Positions 55,385 to 64,000 of a stretch of 64,000 bases of DNA are shown here, piece after piece. The DNA lies in NCBI GenBank assembly GCA_963678035.1, contig OY782666.1:950419-1014418 (forward strand), given 5' to 3'. The position numbers were made by a program, and so were the translations under genes. The notes beneath the pieces were generated by a model that was given only the letters and a program-made list of their open reading frames with translations, was not told where the DNA came from and searched no databases. The DNA comes from Geopsychrobacteraceae bacterium (GTDB lineage: Bacteria; Desulfobacterota; Desulfuromonadia; Desulfuromonadales; Geopsychrobacteraceae). The first letter of the stretch is position 1. Each line of letters begins with the position of its first letter.

Positions 55385-57643
55385 TTAACGGGCATCCTCC
55401 TGCGCATCCACCACGGCAACGGCGGCCATGTTGATAATGTCGGTGACGTCATCGCCGCGCTGCAGGACATGGACCGGTTTCTGCATCCCCATCAGGATCG
55501 GTCCGACCGCTTCGGCTCCACCCAGTTTGTTGAGCAGCTTATAGCTGATATTGCCGGATTGCAGATCCGGGAAGATAAACACATTGGCGTTCCCCTTGAG
55601 TACTGAGAACGGGTATTGCTCTTCCATCAATTCAGGGTCGAGGGCGACATTGGCCTGCATCTCTCCTTCGACGATGAGATCCGGAGCTTGCTGCTTGACC
55701 AGGGCGGTGGCTTTTTTGACTTTCAGCGCGGACGGATGGCTGGAGCTGCCGAAGTTGGAAAAAGACAGCATGGCGACACGTGGCTCGATATCGAACTGGC
55801 GAACCTTCTCTGCGGTCAGGATTGCGGTCTCGGCAAGTTCTTCGGGGGTTGGATCGATGTCCACGGTTGCGTCGGAGAAAAACACCACCTTTTTCTTGAA
55901 GACCATCATGTACATGCCATGGACTTTTGACAGTTTGTCCTGCTTGCCGATGACTTCAAGGGCGGGGCGGATGGTTTCCGGATAGTGCTGGTTGATACCC
56001 GACAACATGGTATCGGCATCCCCTTTGTTGACCATCATGGCGCCAAAGTAGTTGTTGTTGGTCATGATGCGCCGTTTGGCTCCGGACTTGGTGACCCCTT
56101 TGCGTTGCCGTTTGATGAGCATGCTGTCGATATATTCACTGCACTTGTCGCAGGTCATGGGATCGACAACCTCTACATCATCAAGATCAAGGAACAATTC
56201 CTTGGCCCGTTTACGGATGGTTTCCTCAACCCCGAGCAGGATCGGTATGGCAATTTTCTCGTTGATCAGGATCTGGGCTGCACGCAGAACCTTGTCCTCT
56301 TCACCTTCCGGGAAGACGACCCGTTTCGGATTGGCTTTCGCCTTGTTGATCAAGCCGCGCATGATTTCTTTGGAACGTCCCTGCATTGCTTCGAGGGATT
56401 CAAGATATTTTTCCATGTTTCCGATGGGCCGTCTGGCCACACCGGTGTCCATGGCGGCCTGCGCGACGGCAGGAGCGACATAGAGCAGGACCCGTGGGTC
56501 AAACGGCTTGGGAATAATGTATTCACGGCCGAATTGAATGCTTTCGCCGGCATATGCCTTACGCACCGAATCCGGGACATCCAACTTGGCCAGGTCAGCC
56601 AGGGCCTTGACGGCGGCGAGTTTCATTTCATCGTTGATGGCGGTGGCATGGGTGTCCAAAGCGCCGCGGAACAGGAACGGAAAACAGAGCACGTTATTCA
56701 CCTGATTGGCGTAATCGGAACGACCGGTGCCGATAATGACATCGCCGCGCACCGATTTGGCCTCAGGCGGGGTAATCTCCGGGTCCGGGTTGGCCATCGC
56801 AAACACGATCGGGTCTTTGGCCATCGATTTCAGCATGTCTGTGGTCAGGGCCCCTTTGGCCGAAACCCCGAAAAAGATATCGGCATCAACCATAGCATCG
56901 GCCAGGGTTCTGGCCTCAGTTTCCGCGGCCAGGCGCTCCTTGTAGGGGTTCATTCCTTCGGTTCGGCCTTTATAGATAACCCCCTTGGTGTCGCAGAGGA
57001 TGACGTTGTTCTTATCGATCCCCATGCTGATGGCCAGGTTTGCGCAGGCGATACCGGCGGCTCCGGCCCCGTTAACAACAATACGAACATTTTCGATCTT
57101 CTTGCCGACGATCTCCAGCGCATTGACCATGCCGGCCGCGGCAATAATGGCGGTGCCGTGCTGGTCATCGTGGAATACCGGGATGTCCATCATCTCCTTG
57201 AGCTTTTCCTCGATATAGAAGCACTCCGGCCCTTTGATATCTTCCAGATTGATCCCGCCGAAAGTTGGCTCCAGCAGTTTCACCGTGCGAATGATTTCGT
57301 CCGGGTCCTGAGTGTCGAGTTCAATATCGAAGACATCGACATCGGCAAAGCTTTTAAAGAGGACACCTTTTCCTTCCATGACCGGTTTGCCGGCCAGCGC
57401 CCCGATGTTGCCGAGACCGAGCACCGCTGAGCCGTTGGAGACGACTGCGACCAGATTTCCTTTCGCGGTATACTTGTAGGCGTCATCAGGATTTTTCTCG
57501 ATTTCAAGGCAGGGTTCTGCAACCCCTGGGCTGTAGGCCAGTGACAGGTCGCGGCTGGTTGCGCAAGGCTTGGTGGTGATAACTTCAATTTTGCCCTTTC
57601 GTCCGGAACTGTGGTAGTTGAGTGCATCTTCGCGCATTGACAT
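55385..57643 (-). CDS. maeB: NADP-dependent malic enzyme with C-terminal phosphotransacetylase-like domain
   Basis: [56 protein letters not shown], then a PTA-like C-terminal half. ATG 57643 preceded by gggaggag. Confidence 0.9.
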   Translation of the reverse strand: MSMREDALNYHSSGRKGKIEVITTKPCATSRDLSLAYSPGVAEPCLEIEKNPDDAYKYTAKGNLVAVVSNGSAVLGLGNIGALAGKPVMEGKGVLFKSFADVDVFDIELDTQDPDEIIRTVKLLEPTFGGINLEDIKGPECFYIEEKLKEMMDIPVFHDDQHGTAIIAAAGMVNALEIVGKKIENVRIVVNGAGAAGIACANLAISMGIDKNNVILCDTKGVIYKGRTEGMNPYKERLAAETEARTLADAMVDADIFFGVSAKGALTTDMLKSMAKDPIVFAMANPDPEITPPEAKSVRGDVIIGTGRSDYANQVNNVLCFPFLFRGALDTHATAINDEMKLAAVKALADLAKLDVPDSVRKAYAGESIQFGREYIIPKPFDPRVLLYVAPAVAQAAMDTGVARRPIGNMEKYLESLEAMQGRSKEIMRGLINKAKANPKRVVFPEGEEDKVLRAAQILINEKIAIPILLGVEETIRKRAKELFLDLDDVEVVDPMTCDKCSEYIDSMLIKRQRKGVTKSGAKRRIMTNNNYFGAMMVNKGDADTMLSGINQHYPETIRPALEVIGKQDKLSKVHGMYMMVFKKKVVFFSDATVDIDPTPEELAETAILTAEKVRQFDIEPRVAMLSFSNFGSSSHPSALKVKKATALVKQQAPDLIVEGEMQANVALDPELMEEQYPFSVLKGNANVFIFPDLQSGNISYKLLNKLGGAEAVGPILMGMQKPVHVLQRGDDVTDIINMAAVAVVDAQEDAR

Positions 57644-57978
57644 GTGGGTCTCTCCTCCCGTAAATAATGTGCGGTCGTCAATCAAGTGGTCAAATATCGT
57701 TGTACAACGACGGAATGCTGGACCACATACAAAATTAATGAAGCTGAAAAATTATAGGCGGACTAAATGAAAGTCAAGCTCAATTGGTCTATCATATTGA
57801 ATATAAACTTTTTTTTCTACATCGCAATGCTAATGCCAAGAATGGCGATAAATAAAAAAACTGTTAAAACAGAGTGTTGCAAAGACCTCTGCGGGATATG
57901 GGAAATTTTGAGATCAAAAAATGGCGAAAAATTAAAAAACATGGCGGGATCTGACCACTTTGAAAAGGCCGAACAAAT

Positions 57979-58473
57979 ATGAACTATAGAATCGGCGTCC
58001 TATCCGACACCCATGTCAGCTCATTGGCGGATGCCGCCAATCTTGCAGAGCTGTTATTGAACGGGCCCTTCCGTGGGGTTGATGCCATCCTGCATGCCGG
58101 GGACCATGTCTGTCCGGAATTGGAGAGCTGTTTCTATCCGCTCCCGTGGTATGGGGTCCGCGGTAATATGGACATGGGGCGGAGTGATTTACCCGACTGG
58201 CGAATTATCGACTTTGCTCCCTGGCGGATCGGTCTGATTCACGGCTGGGGAGCAGCGGCAGGGATTGAAAAACGGGTCTTGACAGCCTTCGCCGACCAGG
58301 ATATCGATATCCTGGTTTTCGGCCACAGCCACCAGCCGCTCTCTCACCGCCAGGGCAAACTCCTCCTCTTTAATCCGGGTAGTCCGACCCAGCGACGAGG
58401 GGCGCCTTTTCACAGTGTTGGAGTTCTGCATCTTGGGGATGTCGTCAACGCTGAAATCATTCGGCTGGACTGA
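57979..58473 (+). CDS. Metallophosphoesterase, YfcE/MJ0936 family
   Basis: IGVLSDTHV, HAGD, RGNMD, GHSH motifs in the canonical order. Confidence 0.8.
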   Translation: MNYRIGVLSDTHVSSLADAANLAELLLNGPFRGVDAILHAGDHVCPELESCFYPLPWYGVRGNMDMGRSDLPDWRIIDFAPWRIGLIHGWGAAAGIEKRVLTAFADQDIDILVFGHSHQPLSHRQGKLLLFNPGSPTQRRGAPFHSVGVLHLGDVVNAEIIRLD

Positions 58474-58623
58474 GCTGACAGCAATTCAATAACGAAATTC
58501 AAATTTCATTTGTTGCGGTTCGGTGGTACCGTTAGCAGTTGTTGCACAGATCTTTGCCTTATTGGCAGAGAGTTGATTGCACGTTCAAGTCTATGGAAAT
58601 GTTTTCAAAAAAGGTTATTGGGA

Positions 58624-59223
58624 ATGATTGAGATCTTTAAACATGGCGGACCGTTGATGTATCCGATCCTGCTTTGCTCCATTATTGGCTGGGCTATCTT
58701 TATGGAACGGGTCTTTGCCTTTTTCAGGGTCCGTCGGCAGCTCGTCGGTTTACGCAAGAACATTATCAAGTTACTGCAGAGCGATAACAAAGAACAGGCG
58801 CTTGGCTTGTGTAGCGAGCAAGCTTCGCCGTTGGCCAGAATCCTTTATGTGGTCCTTAAGCATCACGGACGCCAGCGTAGCGAGCTCAAAAGCCTCGCCG
58901 AGGAAGTCGGGGAACGGGAAGCCGTGGCTCTGCAACGTTATCTGGGGTTGCTGGGAACCATCGCCAACATCACTCCGTTGCTCGGATTATTGGGGACTGT
59001 TGTCGGGATGATTGAGGCCTTCAACATCATTGCCAGCCAGGGGGTCGGTTCCCCGTCTACTCTTGGCGGAGGTATTTCCCAGGCCCTGATTACCACCGCT
59101 GCTGGATTGACGGTTGCGGTACCCATGATTCTGCTGCATCGTTACCTGCTTAGCCGTTCCGACCGGCTGGTCCTTGAACTTGAGGAAGTCACCATGCAGG
59201 TTATCGATCTGATTGAGGAATAG
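58624..59223 (+). CDS. MotA/TolQ/ExbB family proton-channel protein (second copy)
   Basis: GGPLMYPILLCSIIGWAIFMER, LGLLGTVVGMIEAF, GISQALITTAAGL. Confidence 0.85.
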   Translation: MIEIFKHGGPLMYPILLCSIIGWAIFMERVFAFFRVRRQLVGLRKNIIKLLQSDNKEQALGLCSEQASPLARILYVVLKHHGRQRSELKSLAEEVGEREAVALQRYLGLLGTIANITPLLGLLGTVVGMIEAFNIIASQGVGSPSTLGGGISQALITTAAGLTVAVPMILLHRYLLSRSDRLVLELEEVTMQVIDLIEE

Positions 59224-59227
59224 CGCT

Positions 59228-59668
59228 ATGGGGTTTCGCCGCCGCATTCCTGAATCGCCCAAGGTTGATCTGACGCCGATGATCGATGTGGTTTTCTTGC
59301 TGTTGATCTTTTTTATGATTTCCACAACCTTTGTCGAAAAACCCGGCTTGACCATTGATTTGCCGCAAACCGGATCCGATTCGATCATCAAGGAAAATAA
59401 AGAGGTTCATGTGTATCTGACCGATAAGGGTGAGGTCTTTCTGCAGCGCCGGAAAGTGACTCTGGACGAACTGACTGCCCAGTTGCGCTCCTATAAGCCC
59501 GACCAGGCTCGGCGGACGACTTTTTTGCTGATGGCAGATCGCGATGCCCTGCATGGCCAGGTTATCCGCTTGATGGATATTGCCAAACAGGCAGGGTTCA
59601 GCCAACTGGCCATCGCCACTGATCCTGACCGAAATACGACTGCAGGCAAAGGCGCAAAGGAGAAGTAA
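59228..59668 (+). CDS. ExbD/TolR family protein (third copy in the window)
   Basis: VDLTPMIDVVFLLLIFFMIS TM motif and an ExbD-type periplasmic domain. Confidence 0.85.
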   Translation: MGFRRRIPESPKVDLTPMIDVVFLLLIFFMISTTFVEKPGLTIDLPQTGSDSIIKENKEVHVYLTDKGEVFLQRRKVTLDELTAQLRSYKPDQARRTTFLLMADRDALHGQVIRLMDIAKQAGFSQLAIATDPDRNTTAGKGAKEK

Positions 59669-59673
59669 TCGAT

Positions 59674-60762
59674 ATGTCCAAAACATTGGCAATATTGACC
59701 GGTGGCGGTGACTGCCCGGGGTTGAACGCCGTTATCCGGGCGGTAGTCAAGACCGCTGTTAATCAGCATGGCTGGCGGGTCCTTGGCATCGAAGATGGAT
59801 TTGACGGGCTGGTCGGCAAGCTGCGCTGGCGTGAACTGGGGCTGGCTGATGTCCGTGGTATCCTGCCCCGTGGTGGAACAATTCTTGGGACAAGTAACCA
59901 CGGTAATCCATTTAGTTACCCAGTAGAAGTTGATGGTAAACTTGAGCTTCATGATGTCTCTGACCGGGTCATGGAAACCTTTAAAAACCTTGGTGCCGAT
60001 GTCCTCATTGCCGTGGGCGGTGACGGTACTTTGAAGATAGCCCTCGGGCTGGCTGAGAAGGGGCTTCCCGTTGTTGGTGTGCCGAAGACCATCGACAACG
60101 ATCTGAAAGCGACCGATGTCACCTTTGGCTACCGCACTGCGGTCGGCATTGTGACTGAGGCGCTTGATCGCCTGCACACCACTGCGGAAAGCCATCATCG
60201 GGCTATGGTGGTGGAAGTGATGGGCCGGAATGCCGGTTGGATCGCCCTGGAGGCCGGGATCGCTGGCTCGGCCGATGCTATTCTGATTCCGGAAATTCCT
60301 TACTCCATCAATAAGTTATGTCAGGCTATCGAAAAACGCCGTGAGCACGGCAGCCGGTTTTCGATTATTGTGGTGGCGGAAGGGGCTTTCCCGGTTGCCG
60401 GGGAGAAAATCGTCCAAAAATCAGCTGCAGAAAATCTTGGCGTTGCCCAGCTTGGTGGGGTGGGTTACCAGGTGGCGCAGCAAATCGAGCAGTGTAACGA
60501 CATCGAAACCCGGGTTGTTACGCTCGGCCATTTGCAGCGGGGCGGGACCCCGAGTCCATTCGACAGGATTCTGGCTTCCCGGTTTGGGGTCAAGGCGGTA
60601 GAGCTGGTCGCACAGGGCGAATACGGGAAAATGGTTGCCTTAAAAGGGACTCAGGTCGTCGGAGTTGAAATTGCCAGTGCCGTAGCCCACTTAAATTTAG
60701 TCGATCCGGCCGGTGAACTGGTCGCAACGGCCGAAGCCTTGGGAATCATGGTCGGCCGCTAA
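59674..60762 (+). CDS. pfkA: ATP-dependent 6-phosphofructokinase
   Basis: LAILTGGGDCPGLNAVIRAVV, VGGDGT, GVPKTIDNDL, VEVMGRNAGWIAL, LGHLQRGG. Confidence 0.9.
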   Translation: MSKTLAILTGGGDCPGLNAVIRAVVKTAVNQHGWRVLGIEDGFDGLVGKLRWRELGLADVRGILPRGGTILGTSNHGNPFSYPVEVDGKLELHDVSDRVMETFKNLGADVLIAVGGDGTLKIALGLAEKGLPVVGVPKTIDNDLKATDVTFGYRTAVGIVTEALDRLHTTAESHHRAMVVEVMGRNAGWIALEAGIAGSADAILIPEIPYSINKLCQAIEKRREHGSRFSIIVVAEGAFPVAGEKIVQKSAAENLGVAQLGGVGYQVAQQIEQCNDIETRVVTLGHLQRGGTPSPFDRILASRFGVKAVELVAQGEYGKMVALKGTQVVGVEIASAVAHLNLVDPAGELVATAEALGIMVGR

Positions 60763-61724
60763 AGTTTTGTCGGGGCGTCAATATCTTGAGTAAGGCCGGT
60801 CGTTGCAAGATTGCGCGGTCTTCTGCCACAAGTCGCATGGCCGGGGCATTGGCGAACGGTGCAGGGATCGATGTGAATAATCACATCGGCGCCGGGGATC
60901 TCCCTGATGATCTCCTCCTGCAGCCGGTCGGCCAGATCATGCGCTTCGAACACGGTCATGTCTTTGCAAACCTCGAGATGAAAATCCATGATTTTCAGGG
61001 ATCCGGCCCGGCGGGTCCGCAGGCCGTGATAGCCGCACAGCGGGCCGTCATGGTTGGTGATAACGCGGTGGATGGTCTGCTGAATCGACTCGGGGAGTTC
61101 CTGGTCGAGCATATCGTTCAGGCTTCTTTTGATCAGCTGTACGGCCTCATGGAGAATGTAGGAGGCAACCAGAATTGACAGGGCCGGATCCAGCCAGCTG
61201 ACATCGAAGAAACGGATGAACAGCAAGCCGGCCATCAGGCCGAGGTTGCTGTAAATATCCATACGGAAATGCAGGGAGTCTGCCTCCAGCGCTGAGGAAT
61301 CGGTCTGTTTGGCAATCTTGCGCAGGTAACGCGCAATAAACCAGGAGACCACCGAACTGAAGGCAAGAACCCCAATGCCCTGATCCAATTGGGCCAATTG
61401 GATGCCTTGACTCAGTCGCATCACCGATTCATAGATGATCCAGGCTCCGGAACCGAAGATGACCAGTGCCTGAAACAGGGTCGCCAGGGTTTCGAACTTA
61501 CCATGACCGAAGGGGTGGCGCTGATCCGGCGGTTGCTCAGCGTGGCGAATGGCCATGAAATTGACCCCCGACATGAGGATGTCGAGAAGCGAATCGATGG
61601 CCGAAGCCATCACTGCCATGGAACCGCTGAAAAACGCCACAAAGAGCTTGATCACGGCCAGACTGAACGCGCAGGAGATGGAAAAGGTTGCGGCGCGCAA
61701 CTTCAGATTATCGGATAATATCAC
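60759..61724 (-). CDS. Cation diffusion facilitator (CDF) family metal efflux transporter
   Basis: Six TMs with SMAVMASAIDSLLDIL and HFRMDIYSNLG metal-site helices, plus a C-terminal cytoplasmic domain (...HDLADRLQEEI...VIIHIDP). Confidence 0.85.
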   Translation of the reverse strand: MILSDNLKLRAATFSISCAFSLAVIKLFVAFFSGSMAVMASAIDSLLDILMSGVNFMAIRHAEQPPDQRHPFGHGKFETLATLFQALVIFGSGAWIIYESVMRLSQGIQLAQLDQGIGVLAFSSVVSWFIARYLRKIAKQTDSSALEADSLHFRMDIYSNLGLMAGLLFIRFFDVSWLDPALSILVASYILHEAVQLIKRSLNDMLDQELPESIQQTIHRVITNHDGPLCGYHGLRTRRAGSLKIMDFHLEVCKDMTVFEAHDLADRLQEEIIREIPGADVIIHIDPCTVRQCPGHATCGRRPRNLATTGLTQDIDAPTKL

Positions 61725-61735
61725 AAGCCTACCTT

Positions 61736-62242
61736 TTACTTATCAGGGCACAGACGATTCCAGTCGCTAAACCCGTCCCCGCTCAAGGCATGAAAATTAT
61801 CGATTCGTTGGCGGTAATAGCTCAAATCAGTGCAGACCTGCTCGATATCGTCGTGCTGTTCCGGCGCTGAAAGTTTGCGGGCGCTGCAAAATAAATAGAA
61901 ATCTCTTATCCCCAACAGGATATTTTCAAGTTCTACCAGATTCGGTTCCAAAGTCGAGATAATATACCAGTTGCCGGCAAAACCTTTAATCTGTCGGGCG
62001 GAAAAATGGAAAATATTCATCCGGCAATGATCGATCAGGTAATCACGCAGGAAATAATCAGCGCCGGCGGCACGCAATCCAGCCTCCAGCGGGGGGAGCT
62101 GTTTTTCGCTCAACAGGTCTTGGTGGAAGTGTTTCAGCAGCTCTTTACAGGCCAGATCGGCACGAATTTCATCGGCCAGGGTCCGAACCTCATAGGTTGA
62201 TAAAGCAAAGATTTCAGTAGTGGAAAATGAATACTGTTCCAT
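61736..62242 (-). CDS. Hypothetical protein (168 aa), upstream of and probably co-transcribed with the CDF transporter
   Basis: Uninterrupted ORF ending 11 nt before the CDF start. I recognise no family motif. Confidence 0.55.
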   Translation of the reverse strand: MEQYSFSTTEIFALSTYEVRTLADEIRADLACKELLKHFHQDLLSEKQLPPLEAGLRAAGADYFLRDYLIDHCRMNIFHFSARQIKGFAGNWYIISTLEPNLVELENILLGIRDFYLFCSARKLSAPEQHDDIEQVCTDLSYYRQRIDNFHALSGDGFSDWNRLCPDK

Positions 62243-62521
62243 GCGGGATCCTTGTTAGCAGGCGATAACTCACTAAAGTTTGGGACTTCTTAGCATTTTC
62301 GGGCCAGCAGGGTCAAGCAGTGAGAGTGCAATGGACGAAACGGGTCAAGGACAGGTCCACGGGCAAGCCGCTTTGGGACAAGATATTTATTAAATGGTTC
62401 CAGTTTACTTGTCTTAAGGCCTTTGTTACCATACCGCCTTCATTTCGATGCTATTGCTGAACATGCGGCTCAGCCGACAACGAATTCTCTCATCCATGAT
62501 GAGTCAAGCAGGAATAGAAAC

Positions 62522-64000
62522 ATGTCTACAACAACACCGTTGATGCGCCAATACCTCGAAATCAAGGCTGATTACGAGGATGCCATCTTGTTTTTCAGGC
62601 TCGGTGACTTTTATGAAATGTTCATGGATGATGCCGTCCTCGCCTCCCGGGTGCTCGGCATCACCCTGACCTCCAGGAATAAAGGCGACGCCGACGCAAT
62701 TCCGCTTTGCGGCGTGCCTTACCACAGCAGCCAGGGCTATATCGCTAAATTGATCGCGGAGGGGCATAAAGTCGCGATCTGCGAACAGGTCGAGGATCCC
62801 AAGGCCGCTAAGGGGATTGTTAAGCGGGAGGTGGTCAAGGTCGTCACGCCAGGCCTGGTGACCGACACCGACACCCTTGAGCCCAAAGAGAACAACTATC
62901 TGCTCGCCATTGCTGGACAGGACAGCGGCTACGGGATTTCCCATATTGATATTACCACCGGGGAGTTTCGCGTCACCCAGGTTGAAACTCTCGCCCAGGT
63001 TGAAAGTGAACTCGGGTCGTTACGTCCGCGGGAAGTCCTGTTCAATGAAAATGAATCGGGCCGGGCGATAAAAAAACAGATCGACTCCCTGCTTGACGGC
63101 CTGATGTGCAGTTTTCTCCCGGAGTGGTCCTTTGAACCGGATTATGCCCGCGAGCAGCTCTGTTCGTTCTTTGGTGTCTCCGGGCTCGAATCTTTTGGCT
63201 GTCAGGAATTGCCTGCTGCGCTGCAAGCGGCTTCCGGTGTTCTCTTCTATCTGCAACAGACCCAGAAAGGCGAGTTGCGCCATATCAGACCGTTGCAGAC
63301 TTATCATACCCGTAGCTTCATGGTCCTTGATGAATCCACTCGGCGCAACCTTGAGTTGACCGCCACCTTGCTGGATGGAAAAAAGAGAGGGTCGCTGCTG
63401 GGGGTTCTGGATCGTACCGTTACCGCCATGGGCGGTCGCACCTTGCGCCACTGGATCCACTATCCGTTGATCGATCTTGAACAGATTCGGGCTCGCCAGG
63501 CTGCGGTTGCCGAACTGGTTGATGAAAGCCTGCAGCGGATTGAACTGATTGAAGCCCTGGATGGCGTTTATGACCTGGAGCGACTAAACAGTAAGATAGC
63601 CATGGCCAGCGCCAATGCCAAAGACCTGAGCGCCTTGCGATCCTCACTGGAAAAACTTCCCAAACTTGACGATCTGCTGGCGCCTTTCGGTTCGGCCTGT
63701 CTCAAAGAAATCCGCTCCCGCATCGATCTGCTGCCCGAGTTGGTCGAGCTGCTGGATCGCGCCATTGTTGATGATCCACCCTTTGTATTGCGTGACGGCG
63801 GTATCATCAAAGACGGCTATAATGAGGAATTGGACGAACTGCGCACCATCAGTCGTGAAGGGAAGGGCTGGATCGCCGGACTCGAACAGGAGGAGAAAGA
63901 GCGCTCCGGGATTTCTTCCCTCAAGGTCAAATATAATAAGGTTTTCGGTTATTTTATCGAGATCACCAGACGCCATCTGGACCGGATACCGGAAGACTAT
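62522..64000 (+). CDS. mutS: DNA mismatch repair protein MutS (5' part, runs off the window)
   Basis: Not in the ORF track because no stop is reached. MSTTTPLMRQYLEIKADYEDAILFFRLGDFYEMFMDDAVLASRVLGITLTSR...GHKVAICEQVEDP... The frame stays open through base 64000. Confidence 0.93.
   Translation, partial: MSTTTPLMRQYLEIKADYEDAILFFRLGDFYEMFMDDAVLASRVLGITLTSRNKGDADAIPLCGVPYHSSQGYIAKLIAEGHKVAICEQVEDPKAAKGIVKREVVKVVTPGLVTDTDTLEPKENNYLLAIAGQDSGYGISHIDITTGEFRVTQVETLAQVESELGSLRPREVLFNENESGRAIKKQIDSLLDGLMCSFLPEWSFEPDYAREQLCSFFGVSGLESFGCQELPAALQAASGVLFYLQQTQKGELRHIRPLQTYHTRSFMVLDESTRRNLELTATLLDGKKRGSLLGVLDRTVTAMGGRTLRHWIHYPLIDLEQIRARQAAVAELVDESLQRIELIEALDGVYDLERLNSKIAMASANAKDLSALRSSLEKLPKLDDLLAPFGSACLKEIRSRIDLLPELVELLDRAIVDDPPFVLRDGGIIKDGYNEELDELRTISREGKGWIAGLEQEEKERSGISSLKVKYNKVFGYFIEITRRHLDRIPEDY

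Noticed and set aside
57767-57982. 71-aa Lys/Asn-rich ORF upstream of the phosphoesterase as a real gene.
   Set aside because: It lies in extremely AT-rich promoter-like DNA, has a weak SD and shows no family resemblance. I mention it only inside the regulatory-region finding.

Overview
This 64 kb chromosomal segment looks Desulfuromonadales/Geobacter-like. That placement is an inference from my recall of MutS, PilT, GlnB/GlnA and ExbB-type sequences; no search was run. I found no rRNA, tRNA, CRISPR array, integrase or prophage.

Gene content from left to right:
- 1-4.7 kb: a seven-gene Ton/Tol-like module (large TPR-context protein, TPR lipoprotein, small secreted protein, one ExbB, two ExbD, and a long TonB-like protein). 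Its order and domains parallel the core of the Myxococcus Agl-Glt machinery.
- 4.7-5.7 kb: about 1 kb of non-coding DNA holding a MITE-like palindromic element and a near-perfect tandem duplication of about 340 bp.
- 5.7-24 kb: an acid-sugar catabolic island. It has a GntR regulator, a TRAP transporter, an Edd/IlvD-type and an enolase-type dehydratase, DgoK/DgoA, three FAH-fold enzymes, alpha-ketoglutarate-semialdehyde dehydrogenase, an HpcH aldolase, a beta-hydroxyacid dehydrogenase and a DUF1537 kinase.
- 24-31.6 kb: transporters, a nitroreductase fused at its stop codon to a ZntB/CorA remnant, an orphan pilT with an internally duplicated partner gene, a secreted GH3 enzyme, and a sodium:solute symporter with a long structured leader.
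- 31.6-37.7 kb: a sucrose cluster (fructokinase, an SPS-SPP fusion, sucrose synthase and a small protein ending in Cys-Cys).
- 37.9-64 kb: tamAB and cobB, then housekeeping genes (yrbG-like, lrp, lysA-like, rlmD-like, glnB-glnA behind a sigma-54 promoter, mscS, thrC, maeB, a second orphan exbB-exbD pair, pfkA, a CDF transporter and 5' mutS).

The best candidates for new biology are the Agl/Glt-core-like Ton module, the DUF1537-kinase branch of the sugar-acid island, the repeat region upstream of the GntR gene, and the pilT-coupled duplicated-domain protein. All functional calls rest on motif and family recognition by eye.
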